From sequence record SRR22947727_1208: a stretch of 20,000 nucleotides of DNA; one strand, 5' to 3'. The position numbers and the translations under genes were made by a program. The notes beneath the pieces are model-generated. The model had not been told where the DNA came from. It was given only the letters and a program-made list of their open reading frames with translations, and did not search any database. Shown in pieces: positions 1 through 8,391 of this stretch; the stretch's first letter is position 1, and each line of letters begins with the position of its first letter.

Positions 1-128
1 AAGGAACATCAGAATTTCCTGGACAAACAGGAGGTAATAATAATAATTTTCACTTCGAAGATATACTATCAAAGATAACACACATTTCAGTTGGGTTATT
101 AAAGGAGAAAGTGCACAATGAAAATTAA
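1..128 (+). CDS. 3' end of an upstream gene (...GTSEFPGQTGGNNNNFHFEDILSKITHISVGLLKEKVHNEN*); possibly the C-terminus of a SIS/GmhA-like sugar-phosphate isomerase
   Basis: Open frame from base 3 to TAA at 126-128, overlapping the next ATG (118). FEDILSKITH loosely resembles the C-terminal E..H helix of GmhA-like SIS proteins. Function is weakly supported. Confidence 0.45.
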   Translation, partial: GTSEFPGQTGGNNNNFHFEDILSKITHISVGLLKEKVHNEN

Positions 129-882
129 TCCTAATGTATTAAGAAAAAAAGTTATAGATATGGTCAGAGCAAAACAATCAGGACACATTGGTGGTTGTTT
201 TTCTATGGCTGAATTAACAAGTGTATTATATGAAGAATATGAAATGGGTGGTAGAGACAAGTTAATTTTATCTAAAGGACACGCAGTTCCCATCATATAT
301 GCAGCATTACACGAAATGGGTGAAATAACAGATGAAGAGTTAGATTTATTTAGAGAGATAGATTCACCATTACAAGGACATCCTGATAAAGAAAGACTAC
401 CTATATTAGACGCTACAACAGGTTCATTAGGACAAGGATTAAGTATTGCAATTGGACATTCACTTGGTAAGAAACTAAGAAACGAAGAGGGTAGTGTATT
501 TTGTGTAATGGGTGATGGTGAAATGCAAGAAGGTCAAGTTTGGGAATCTTTAATGTATTATCCAAAAACTAAAGAAACAAATCTAATTTGTATTATTGAT
601 TGGAACAAGGCACAAAATGATGGATACTCAGAAGATTTTAGTATTATGTATGAAAACTTACAAGAAAGAATATCATCTTTTGGTTGGGATACAAGAGTTA
701 TTGATGGCCACGATATGAAAAAAATATCAGATGAACTTAAAAATATTAATAATAAGCCAGTTTGTATAATATTAGATACTATTAAAGGTAAAGGAGTTTC
801 TTTTATGGAAGACCCAAGTTGGCATTGTAAAGTTCCTACCGATAGTGAGTATGAAATTGCAATGAAAGAGTTAGGAGTTTAA
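118..882 (+). CDS. tkt: Transketolase, N-terminal (ThDP-binding) subunit, copy 1
   Basis: Motifs SGHIGG, LSKGH, LQGHP, TGSLGQG, ThDP motif GDGEMQEG...IIDWN, TIKGKGVSFME..WH; AAGGAG RBS upstream. Confidence 0.95.
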   Translation: MKINPNVLRKKVIDMVRAKQSGHIGGCFSMAELTSVLYEEYEMGGRDKLILSKGHAVPIIYAALHEMGEITDEELDLFREIDSPLQGHPDKERLPILDATTGSLGQGLSIAIGHSLGKKLRNEEGSVFCVMGDGEMQEGQVWESLMYYPKTKETNLICIIDWNKAQNDGYSEDFSIMYENLQERISSFGWDTRVIDGHDMKKISDELKNINNKPVCIILDTIKGKGVSFMEDPSWHCKVPTDSEYEIAMKELGV

Positions 883-883
883 T

Positions 884-1819
884 ATGAAAGCTACAAGAGA
901 TGCGTTTGGAAACCACTTTCCAGCAATGGGTGATAAGTACGATAACATAGTCGCATTAGATGCAGACTTAGGTAAAGCCACTAAGATAGCTAGTTTTAAA
1001 GAATCTCATTCAGACAGATTTTTTCAAATGGGTATAGCAGAATCAAATATGATTGGAGTCGCTTCAGGTATATCAGAGTATGGTTACAAAGTATTCTTAG
1101 CTTCATTTGGTTCTTTTTTAACAGGTAGATATGACCAAATAAGATGTAGTTTAGCTTATTCTAATCGTCCTGTTGTTTTGGTTGGAACTCACGTTGGTAT
1201 GGCTATTGGTAAAGATGGTGTGACTCAAATGGCATTGGAAGACGTTAGTATTATGAGAGCTCTACCAAATATGAAAATATTAAATCCAGCATCTTATTCT
1301 GAAGCCATAAAGGTTATAGAATACTTATGTAAAACAGAATTAGATTCACCACATTATTTACGATTAGGTAGACAACCAGTTGAAGATATAGAAATGCCTT
1401 TTGAGTTTGGTAAAGGACAAATTGTAAAACAAACACACGCTATGTATGACATAACTTTATTTTCTACAGGCTGTATTTTAGGTGATGTAGTTGAAGCTAG
1501 TAATTTAATACAAAACAATTCATCACATAATGTTAGGGTTGTAAACTTACCAACAATAAAACCTATAGACAGGAAAATTATTATTGAATCTGCTAAACAA
1601 AGTAAATACTTATTTACGATTGAAGACCATTCAATAGTTGGAGGATTGGGTTCAGCAGTATCAGAGGTATTGACTGATGAGTGTCCTAAGAAACTTGTAA
1701 GAATTGGATTGAATGATGTATTTCCTGAATCAGCACCACCCAAAGATTTATATGAAAAATATGGTTTGAGTGCTGGACAACTAGCAAAGAGGATTTTAAG
1801 TGAATCAATGGATAAATAA
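884..1819 (+). CDS. tkt: Transketolase, C-terminal (pyrimidine-binding + C-terminal) subunit, copy 1
   Basis: Motifs ATRDAFG, LDADL, GIAESNM, GKDGVTQMALED, YLRLGR, TIKPID, TIEDHSIVGGLGSAV; AGGAG RBS. Confidence 0.95.
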   Translation: MKATRDAFGNHFPAMGDKYDNIVALDADLGKATKIASFKESHSDRFFQMGIAESNMIGVASGISEYGYKVFLASFGSFLTGRYDQIRCSLAYSNRPVVLVGTHVGMAIGKDGVTQMALEDVSIMRALPNMKILNPASYSEAIKVIEYLCKTELDSPHYLRLGRQPVEDIEMPFEFGKGQIVKQTHAMYDITLFSTGCILGDVVEASNLIQNNSSHNVRVVNLPTIKPIDRKIIIESAKQSKYLFTIEDHSIVGGLGSAVSEVLTDECPKKLVRIGLNDVFPESAPPKDLYEKYGLSAGQLAKRILSESMDK

Positions 1820-2441
1820 AGATACAGAAATATATTGTTCATTTGCTGAAACAGCTGGTAATACTGGTTGTCAGATGATGAACACTTCCTTTTACTATTA
1901 TGGTTTAAATAAAATATATAAATCATTTTCAGTAAGTAACATAGAGGAAGCCGTAAACGCAGTAAAGACTTTAAATATAAAAGGTTTTGCTATTACGATG
2001 CCTTACAAAACACAAGTGTTAGATTTTGTTGATAAGTGTGATGATGATGTAAAACAAATAGGAGCTGCAAATACTGTTCTTAATAATAATGGTGTATTAA
2101 CTGCATATAATACAGACTATTTAGCTGCTAGAACTTTTTTAGATAATAGTTTAGGATTAGATTTATATATTTTAGGAAATGGTGGTTATTCCAAAGCTGT
2201 TCAACAGGCAGCTAAGTCATTAGGTTATGATTACACTTTGGTGACTAGAGAAAATTGGGATATCATATCAAGTATTGGTGCAAATGTTATAGTTTATAAT
2301 TGTACTCCAGTAGAAGATATAAAAGTTAATACGAGTCAATTTATAGATTGTATAGTAACAACTAAAACAGGTAGAGAACTTGCTAGTATACAAGCTTCTC
2401 ATCAATTTAAACTTTACACAGGATTGGAGTTTCCTTTATGA
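1800..2441 (+). CDS. Shikimate-dehydrogenase (AroE)-like oxidoreductase, shortened
   Basis: GTG start after AGAGGA; motifs GFAITMPYK, IGAANT, AYNTD, ILGNGG, YNCTP, QASHQFKLYTG. Lacks the usual N-terminal SxSP motif. Confidence 0.8.
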   Translation: MNQWINKDTEIYCSFAETAGNTGCQMMNTSFYYYGLNKIYKSFSVSNIEEAVNAVKTLNIKGFAITMPYKTQVLDFVDKCDDDVKQIGAANTVLNNNGVLTAYNTDYLAARTFLDNSLGLDLYILGNGGYSKAVQQAAKSLGYDYTLVTRENWDIISSIGANVIVYNCTPVEDIKVNTSQFIDCIVTTKTGRELASIQASHQFKLYTGLEFPL

Positions 2442-3394
2442 GTGATATAAAATTTTACATAGGGCCTATGAGTAAAAATGTTGTTGATTCTGTTATAGAA
2501 TTAGATAATCCAATCGTTGGTTTTATACCATCAAGAAGACAAGTTGATTATGATGGTGGTTATGTAAATAATTGGACAACTAAACAATTTTCTGAGTATG
2601 TAAATAATAGAGTTGTGATACAAAGAGACCACGGCGGTGAAAGTCAAGGTAATAAACAAGATGGTGGATTAACTTCATTTTTATTTGACGCAAACTATTT
2701 TGATATTATTCACGTTGACCCCTGGAAAGCATATCAAGATTTTGATTTGGGATTACAAAACACTATTGATTGTATGAATTTTATCTATGATGAAGTTGGT
2801 AATAAGAAAGTTAAATTCGAAGTTGGTACAGAAGAATCCATAAGAAGATTTGAAGTTGATGAATTAGAAAAGTTATTATCATTATTAGAGAAAAAATTAA
2901 ATCCAAATATATTTGAAAATATAGTTTATGCAGTTGTACAATCTGGTGTTGGGTTGGACTTAGGTAATTCTAAAAATACCTGTGAATTTGGTGAAAAAAG
3001 ATTCTCTGATATGATTAAAGTTTGTAATAAGTTTGGTAAAAAGAGTAAAGAACATAATGGTGATTATTTATCTGTTGATGAATATAAATTAAGATTTGAT
3101 TTGGGGATGGATGCAATAAATATTGCACCACAATTTGGTCAGTTAGAAACATTATGTTACTTAGAAGAAATGGGTGATGATATAGAAGACTATTATAAAA
3201 TTTGTTATGATTCAAAAAGATGGGTAAAGTGGGTCAGTCAAGATTTTGTACCTGAAAATAATAAAAAAGAATTAATTAAAATTTGTGGACATTATGTTTT
3301 TTCTGATGATGAGTTTAAATCCATCGCACCAAATATTGATGATAAAATTAAAAAAAGTATTACAAATAGATTGTTAGAGATTACAAATGATTGA
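2438..3394 (+). CDS. GatZ/KbaZ-like (tagatose-6-phosphate epimerase / class II aldolase accessory family) TIM-barrel protein
   Basis: Ordered motifs RDHGG, IHVDP, EVGTE, VVQSGV, KEHNGDY correspond to GatZ-family GDHxGP, IHLD, IGTE, VVQPGV, EAHSTDY. Confidence 0.65.
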   Translation: MSDIKFYIGPMSKNVVDSVIELDNPIVGFIPSRRQVDYDGGYVNNWTTKQFSEYVNNRVVIQRDHGGESQGNKQDGGLTSFLFDANYFDIIHVDPWKAYQDFDLGLQNTIDCMNFIYDEVGNKKVKFEVGTEESIRRFEVDELEKLLSLLEKKLNPNIFENIVYAVVQSGVGLDLGNSKNTCEFGEKRFSDMIKVCNKFGKKSKEHNGDYLSVDEYKLRFDLGMDAINIAPQFGQLETLCYLEEMGDDIEDYYKICYDSKRWVKWVSQDFVPENNKKELIKICGHYVFSDDEFKSIAPNIDDKIKKSITNRLLEITND

Positions 3395-4241
3395 AAAATA
3401 TCTTAGTGTAGTTCAATGTCATATTTTATTTGATGATGAACGAGGTAGACAAAGATTAGAACATCAAAAATCCTACAAAGGGATACCATCATTTGGTAGT
3501 GTTTTTAATGATTGTGATTTCTTCGTAAATTATAAAACTACAACCTTTTTAGATGAAATAAAAGAGACATACGATAAACACATAAAAAATATAAATCTTT
3601 ATAACAATCTTGACGGGCCAGATTTTAATTGGACAACTACTATTTTAGCACTTGTGAATGAATCTAAAACACCTTATGTTATGTTAGCTACAGAGGATAG
3701 AATGTTTCACGAGACAAGTAGAGAAGAGTTTGAAAGAGTTATGCAAGATATTATAGATAATAACGTTTCTTATATGCCAATAGGTAAATTAGACCACTTA
3801 ACAGTAGGTACAAGATATAAAACAGTTGAAGAATTGATGAGTCCGAATAGAGTTCACGGGTATATGTGTGAGAAAAAATATAGAGATAGTGAAAAAGAAT
3901 TATTTTTATTTGAAGCTAAAGATTCTCCCATTAAGATTACCAGTTTTTCAGCAGATGCAATATATAAAAGAGAATTATTAATTGAAAAACTTGAAGAAAT
4001 GGTTAATGTGTATAAACTAAAACCAAATTCACCAAACAAATATTTTGAACAAAACACTTCAAAGTATTTTGAAGACTATTATTCAGATGATGGTAATAAT
4101 GGGCTTAGACAATGTGGAGATTTGTTATGTGCAGTTCCTAAAAGAGAGTTAGTGGTTTCAGATGAAACTCCAGGACAATCATATGGAACTATAGCAGAAA
4201 CTCCTGAAGAAATATTAAATATAGATGTTAGAAAAGGATGA
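3387..4241 (+). CDS. Hypothetical protein, putative GT-A-fold glycosyltransferase-like; paralog of 11940..12710
   Basis: Coupled ORF; TPYVMLATED resembles a beta-strand plus acidic motif of GT-A enzymes; clear similarity to 11940..12710. Confidence 0.5.
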   Translation: MIEKYLSVVQCHILFDDERGRQRLEHQKSYKGIPSFGSVFNDCDFFVNYKTTTFLDEIKETYDKHIKNINLYNNLDGPDFNWTTTILALVNESKTPYVMLATEDRMFHETSREEFERVMQDIIDNNVSYMPIGKLDHLTVGTRYKTVEELMSPNRVHGYMCEKKYRDSEKELFLFEAKDSPIKITSFSADAIYKRELLIEKLEEMVNVYKLKPNSPNKYFEQNTSKYFEDYYSDDGNNGLRQCGDLLCAVPKRELVVSDETPGQSYGTIAETPEEILNIDVRKG

Positions 4242-4245
4242 TGAT

Positions 4246-5901
4246 ATGAAAATACTTGGCTTTCAAAGTGGACACGATGTAGCATATTGTGTGTTAGATA
4301 ATGGCGTACCTGTCATACACGAGGAGTTAGAAAGATTTATTAGAGAGAAAGAACCATATGGAGATGGTTTAAAAATGGCTTTTGAAAGATTACCAGATGA
4401 TTTCTTTGATGACTTAAAAACATTTTGTTATGGTAATTTAAATACTAGACATCAAAAGTTTCCAGTTAATGAGGAAGAATATGATGCTAAGATGAAAGAC
4501 GTTATAAATAAAAATGATGGTAAACTATATGCCATTGGTCATCACCAATCTCACGCAGCTAATGCATTTTTCTCAAGTAATTTTGATGAAGCATTAATTA
4601 TAACTATTGATGGTAGTGGCACTGATAAAGTAGATTGGAAAGATTTTGAAAATGATTCTAAACAACAAGGTGACTCTAATTACTTTTCAACATCGTTTAC
4701 TTTTTGGAATGGTAAAGATTTAGATATTGAACCTATAAAAAGAATACCGATGCAAGAACTAACAATTGGTTCTCCGTGGCGAATATACACAAGAGAGATA
4801 TTTGGTCTTTCATCAGGTCATCCACACGGATTAGCCGCAGGAACTGTTATGGCGATGGCAGCACCAGGTGACCCAAGTAAGTATTGGAAAGATTTTTATG
4901 ATGCATTCTTAGCTGGGGGTGGTGGGCCGTCAGCACATACACAAAATAATATTGCTAAGTATAAACCAATAGCTAAAAGAAGTGAACAAGATGCTTTTGA
5001 TGTAGCAGCAGGTATTCAAAAGGCAACTGAAGAAGTTTGTAAAAAAATAATGACACCATATATTGAAGAGTATAATCCAAAACATATTTGTATGTCTGGT
5101 GGTGTGGTATTAAATTCAGTTATGGTTGGTAAGATGTATGATTGGTATCCAAATGTAGAACAAATATATATTTGTCCTGTTCCTTATGATGGTGGATTAG
5201 CAATTGGTTCTGCACAATACGTTTATCATCAAGTTCTGAGAAATCCACGTGTTAAATGGGAAGATAACTGTACGCCTTATTTAGGTAGTCATTATGATAA
5301 AAAAGATGTTTTAGATGTTATAAAAGAAAATGATAGTAAAATAGATTTTAGAGACACAGATGATGAAAATGTTGTGGACTTGTTAATGGAACAAAATATA
5401 ATTTCAGTATTTGGTGGTGGTTCAGAGTCAGGACGTAGAGCTCTTGGTAATAGAAGTATTTTATGTGACCCAAGAAGTCCTAATATGAAAGATAAAATAA
5501 ATGAAAAAGTAAAACATAGACAATGGTTTAGACCATTTGCACCATCAATTCTAAGAGATAGTGTTGGTGATTGGTTTGAAAAGGATGTTGATAGTCCTTA
5601 TATGACAACAGTTATTAAATGGAAAGATGAAGTTAAAGATAAAGTTCCAGCAGTTGTTCATTTAAATGGTACAGCTAGATTACAAACAGTTACAAAAAAT
5701 GATAACGAGTGGTACTATAATTTTATCAAAAAGTTCGAAGATAAAACAGGTGTACCAATCGTGTTAAATACAAGTTTTAATGACAGAGAACCTATTGTTG
5801 AAACACCTGAACACGCTATTAACTGTTTCTTAGGAACAAATATAGATTATTTATATTTTTATGAAGCTGGAATTTTAGTTAATAAAAAGAGAAAAATATA
5901 A
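4246..5901 (+). CDS. O-carbamoyltransferase (NodU/CmcH/TobZ family)
   Basis: Likely start MKILG at 4246; motifs GHD, HHQSHAA, IDGSG, SGGVVLN, DGGLAIG, ESGRRALGNRSIL, KHRQWFRPFAP, PAVVHLNGTARLQTV, LNTSFN. Confidence 0.95.
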   Translation: MKILGFQSGHDVAYCVLDNGVPVIHEELERFIREKEPYGDGLKMAFERLPDDFFDDLKTFCYGNLNTRHQKFPVNEEEYDAKMKDVINKNDGKLYAIGHHQSHAANAFFSSNFDEALIITIDGSGTDKVDWKDFENDSKQQGDSNYFSTSFTFWNGKDLDIEPIKRIPMQELTIGSPWRIYTREIFGLSSGHPHGLAAGTVMAMAAPGDPSKYWKDFYDAFLAGGGGPSAHTQNNIAKYKPIAKRSEQDAFDVAAGIQKATEEVCKKIMTPYIEEYNPKHICMSGGVVLNSVMVGKMYDWYPNVEQIYICPVPYDGGLAIGSAQYVYHQVLRNPRVKWEDNCTPYLGSHYDKKDVLDVIKENDSKIDFRDTDDENVVDLLMEQNIISVFGGGSESGRRALGNRSILCDPRSPNMKDKINEKVKHRQWFRPFAPSILRDSVGDWFEKDVDSPYMTTVIKWKDEVKDKVPAVVHLNGTARLQTVTKNDNEWYYNFIKKFEDKTGVPIVLNTSFNDREPIVETPEHAINCFLGTNIDYLYFYEAGILVNKKRKI

Positions 5902-6662
5902 TGAGAGCTGCTTTTTTGTTGAGTGGTGTAGTTGGTAAGTTTTACACTAATAAACAAGGATATGAATGGAGCGGTGATGTAGACTTCAGAATAGGTCATC
6001 ACTTTTTTAAAAAACATATTTTTGATGTAAATGATACAGTTGATGTTTTTATTCATTGTTGGGATACTCAATACGAAAAACAACTCACAGAATTATATCA
6101 GCCTAAGAAAAGTAAGTTTCAAGAACAAATTCAGTTTGATAATGAAATTATGCGTGGTAATTTTATAGAAAGTAGATGGTATAGTACAAAACAAGTAACA
6201 GAATTAAAAAAAGAATATGAAAAAGAAAATGATTTTACATATGATGTGGTGATGTCTTCCAGATTTGATGTGGGATTTTTTGAAGATTTAGTTTTTAATG
6301 AAGTTATGGAAGACCCTAACGCTATGTATATAGCTAAAAGTAATCCACCCAATCCACAAAAACCTACAATTTTAGATTATTGGTACTTTTCCTCATCTAA
6401 AAATATGGATATAATTAATAGTTTTCACGAACATTGGAAAGACTTAGGTCGTGGAACACCACATAGTGATTTATATATGTGGCCAACAAAAAATAATATT
6501 GATGTCTATATGATAGACAAATTTCAAGAGTCAGAAAAGGGAAATGGAAATACAGAAATAATAAGAGCTGTATTTGATGATTGTGAATATAAAGGTGATG
6601 ATTTTTCAGGTGTTGATAAGTTAAAAAGATTAAATAGATATCCGAGAGGCACTCGGTTTTAA
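5901..6662 (+). CDS. Hypothetical protein, probable glycosyltransferase-like protein
   Basis: TAATG coupling; pattern AFLLSG...DVFIHCWD...YDVVMSSRFD typical of uncharacterised GT-like proteins in glycan clusters. Confidence 0.5.
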   Translation: MRAAFLLSGVVGKFYTNKQGYEWSGDVDFRIGHHFFKKHIFDVNDTVDVFIHCWDTQYEKQLTELYQPKKSKFQEQIQFDNEIMRGNFIESRWYSTKQVTELKKEYEKENDFTYDVVMSSRFDVGFFEDLVFNEVMEDPNAMYIAKSNPPNPQKPTILDYWYFSSSKNMDIINSFHEHWKDLGRGTPHSDLYMWPTKNNIDVYMIDKFQESEKGNGNTEIIRAVFDDCEYKGDDFSGVDKLKRLNRYPRGTRF

Positions 6663-6687
6663 AAAAAATAATAAGTTTTTTTATTTT

Positions 6688-6711
6688 TTGTTGATATATA
6701 TTAATAAGAGA
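6688..6711 (+). promoter_or_regulatory. Putative promoter-like motif TTGTT(G)ATATATATnAnTAAGAGA, copy 1
   Basis: 21 of 24 aligned positions identical to 18430..18452; both are intergenic, follow A/T tracts and precede + strand genes. Confidence 0.5.
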
Positions 6712-6742
6712 AGTCAAAGTGGTAAACAGAGGACATTTGATT

Positions 6743-6796
6743 ATGTACCAAAGACCCAACCAACCACAGTTAGACTATAAACGGGGGCACTTTTAA
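6743..6796 (+). CDS. Putative leader peptide MYQRPNQPQLDYKRGHF (17 aa)
   Basis: GAGGA at 6729-6733, 9 nt before ATG 6743; stop TAA 6794-6796 lies in the loop of the hairpin 6783-6809. Confidence 0.5.
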   Translation: MYQRPNQPQLDYKRGHF

Positions 6797-6809
6797 ATAG
6801 AGTGTCCTC
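6783..6809 (+). promoter_or_regulatory. Putative antiterminator/anti-sequestering hairpin
   Basis: GGGGGCACTTT-TAAAT-AGAGTGTCCTC forms an 11-bp stem (with G-U pairs) and shares 6805-6809 with the downstream terminator stem. Confidence 0.6.
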
Positions 6810-6832
6810 CATTAATTGGAGGATTTTTTTTT
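6805..6832 (+). terminator. Intrinsic terminator / SD-sequestering hairpin
   Basis: TCCTCCA-TTAAT-TGGAGGA perfect 7-bp stem followed by T9. Confidence 0.75.
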
Positions 6833-6856
6833 ATGGTTACTAAAGAAGTTATTTGA
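6833..6856 (+). CDS. Putative mini-ORF MVTKEVI coupled to the radical SAM gene
   Basis: GGAGGA (6818-6823) 9 nt upstream of ATG 6833; its TGA overlaps the radical SAM ATG (TGATG at 6854-6858). Confidence 0.4.
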   Translation: MVTKEVI

Positions 6857-8388
6857 TGGATATTTTATTTATAAATCCAGGAAGTTCAGAAGAGGTTTAT
6901 CAGGGATTATCAACTGATTACGCTGGTATAGGAACACCTTATTGGGCATTATTGCTTTCACAATCTTGTAGATCACAAGGATACAAAGTTGGTATATTAG
7001 ATATTCTAGCAGAGGGTATCTCACGTAAAGATGCAGTAGAACGAATTAAAACACTAAACCCAAGATTAATATCAGTATGTGTTTATGGTGAAAATGTTAA
7101 TTCAGGAACTACTCAAATGAGTGGTGCAGTTAAGTTAGCTAATTTAATAAAAGAAAGTGGTGTAGATATACCAATATCATTTGTTGGTTCTCACGTTCAG
7201 GCATTACCATATAAAGTTTTAAGTGAAGAACCAAACATCGATATAATTTTTACAAATGAAGGTGTTTATTCATTGTGGAATATCCTAAAGTTAAAAGACT
7301 TAACGGATAAAAAACAATTAGAAACCATAAATGGTATAGGTTTTATAAAAGATGGTAAACCACATCTAAATCAACCTGAAAAAATAGTTCCTAATGATAG
7401 AATGGATTTAGATTTACCTGGTTATGCTTGGGATTTACTACCATATAAAGAGACACCTTTTGATTTATATCGTTCACCAATGTGGCACGGAGAGTACGAC
7501 CACGATAAGAGAACACCTTATGCTGCATTATACACCTCATTGGGTTGTGTATTTCAATGTGAGTTTTGTATGATTAACATATTAAACAGAGATGACAATG
7601 AAGAAATAGGTGTGGCTGGAAACTATAATAAAATGAGGTTTTGGTCACCTGAATTTATTATCAAAGAGTTTGATAAACTAATAGAAATGGGTGTAGAGAC
7701 CATCAGAATAGCTGATGAGATGTTTTTATTAAATCCTAAATACTATATACCTTTAGTTGATTTATTAGCTGAAAGAAATAAAAAAGATAATCTAAGAATA
7801 TGGGCTTATTCAAGAGTAGATACTATCAGAAGACCAGGTATCTTGAAAAATCTAAGAAAAGCTGGTATTAAATGGTTGTGTCTTGGTATTGAAAGTGCAG
7901 ACAGAAATGTTAGATTAGAAATATCAAAAGGAAAGTTTGAAGATGTTAATATTGTTGAAGTTGTAAATCAAATTCACGAGGCTGATATAGGTATTATAGC
8001 TAACTATATGTTTGGTTTACCTACTGATACTATGGAAACGATGGAAAAAACATTACAACTTAGTTACGAGTTATGTACAATAGCTTGGAATGCATACGCA
8101 GCTATGCCACTACCAGGTAGTCAGTTATATAAAGACGCAGTGGATAGAGGATTCAAATTACCTGAAGATTATGCTGGTTATTCATTTCACGCCTACACAA
8201 CACAACCATTACCTACTGATGAATTAACACCTGAACAAATCTTGAAGTTCAGAGATGAAGCCTATCTAAAATATCATACATACGAACCATTTTTAAATAA
8301 AGTTAGAGAAACTTATGGTGAAATAGCAGTTAATAATATTTTAGAAAATACTAAAATAAAATTAAAAAGAAAAATATTGGAGAATTAA
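6856..8388 (+). CDS. Cobalamin-binding radical SAM protein (class B methyltransferase-like)
   Basis: N-terminal B12-binding-like domain (ILFINP...GSHVQALP...EG), CxxxCxxC motif CVFQCEFC, ADE, LGIES, YMFGLP, PLPGSQLY. Confidence 0.9.
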   Translation: MDILFINPGSSEEVYQGLSTDYAGIGTPYWALLLSQSCRSQGYKVGILDILAEGISRKDAVERIKTLNPRLISVCVYGENVNSGTTQMSGAVKLANLIKESGVDIPISFVGSHVQALPYKVLSEEPNIDIIFTNEGVYSLWNILKLKDLTDKKQLETINGIGFIKDGKPHLNQPEKIVPNDRMDLDLPGYAWDLLPYKETPFDLYRSPMWHGEYDHDKRTPYAALYTSLGCVFQCEFCMINILNRDDNEEIGVAGNYNKMRFWSPEFIIKEFDKLIEMGVETIRIADEMFLLNPKYYIPLVDLLAERNKKDNLRIWAYSRVDTIRRPGILKNLRKAGIKWLCLGIESADRNVRLEISKGKFEDVNIVEVVNQIHEADIGIIANYMFGLPTDTMETMEKTLQLSYELCTIAWNAYAAMPLPGSQLYKDAVDRGFKLPEDYAGYSFHAYTTQPLPTDELTPEQILKFRDEAYLKYHTYEPFLNKVRETYGEIAVNNILENTKIKLKRKILEN

Positions 8389-8391
8389 ATT

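Noticed and set aside
4503-4510. T4 late promoter TATAAATA
   Set aside because: Single occurrence inside a CDS in AT-rich DNA; expected by chance.
6663-6689. A/T-only inverted repeat as a terminator
   Set aside because: Stem has no G-C pairs and is low complexity; more likely an UP-element-like tract.
6713-6832. Known cobalamin or SAM riboswitch upstream of the B12 radical SAM gene
   Set aside because: No B12 box or SAM-I/II consensus recognisable by eye; needs an Infernal search to exclude fully.
6743-8388. 17-aa peptide as a RiPP precursor for the adjacent radical SAM enzyme
   Set aside because: No SPASM/RRE domain, peptidase or transporter is visible, and the context is sugar biosynthesis. 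Attenuator geometry explains the ORF better, though this is not formally excluded.
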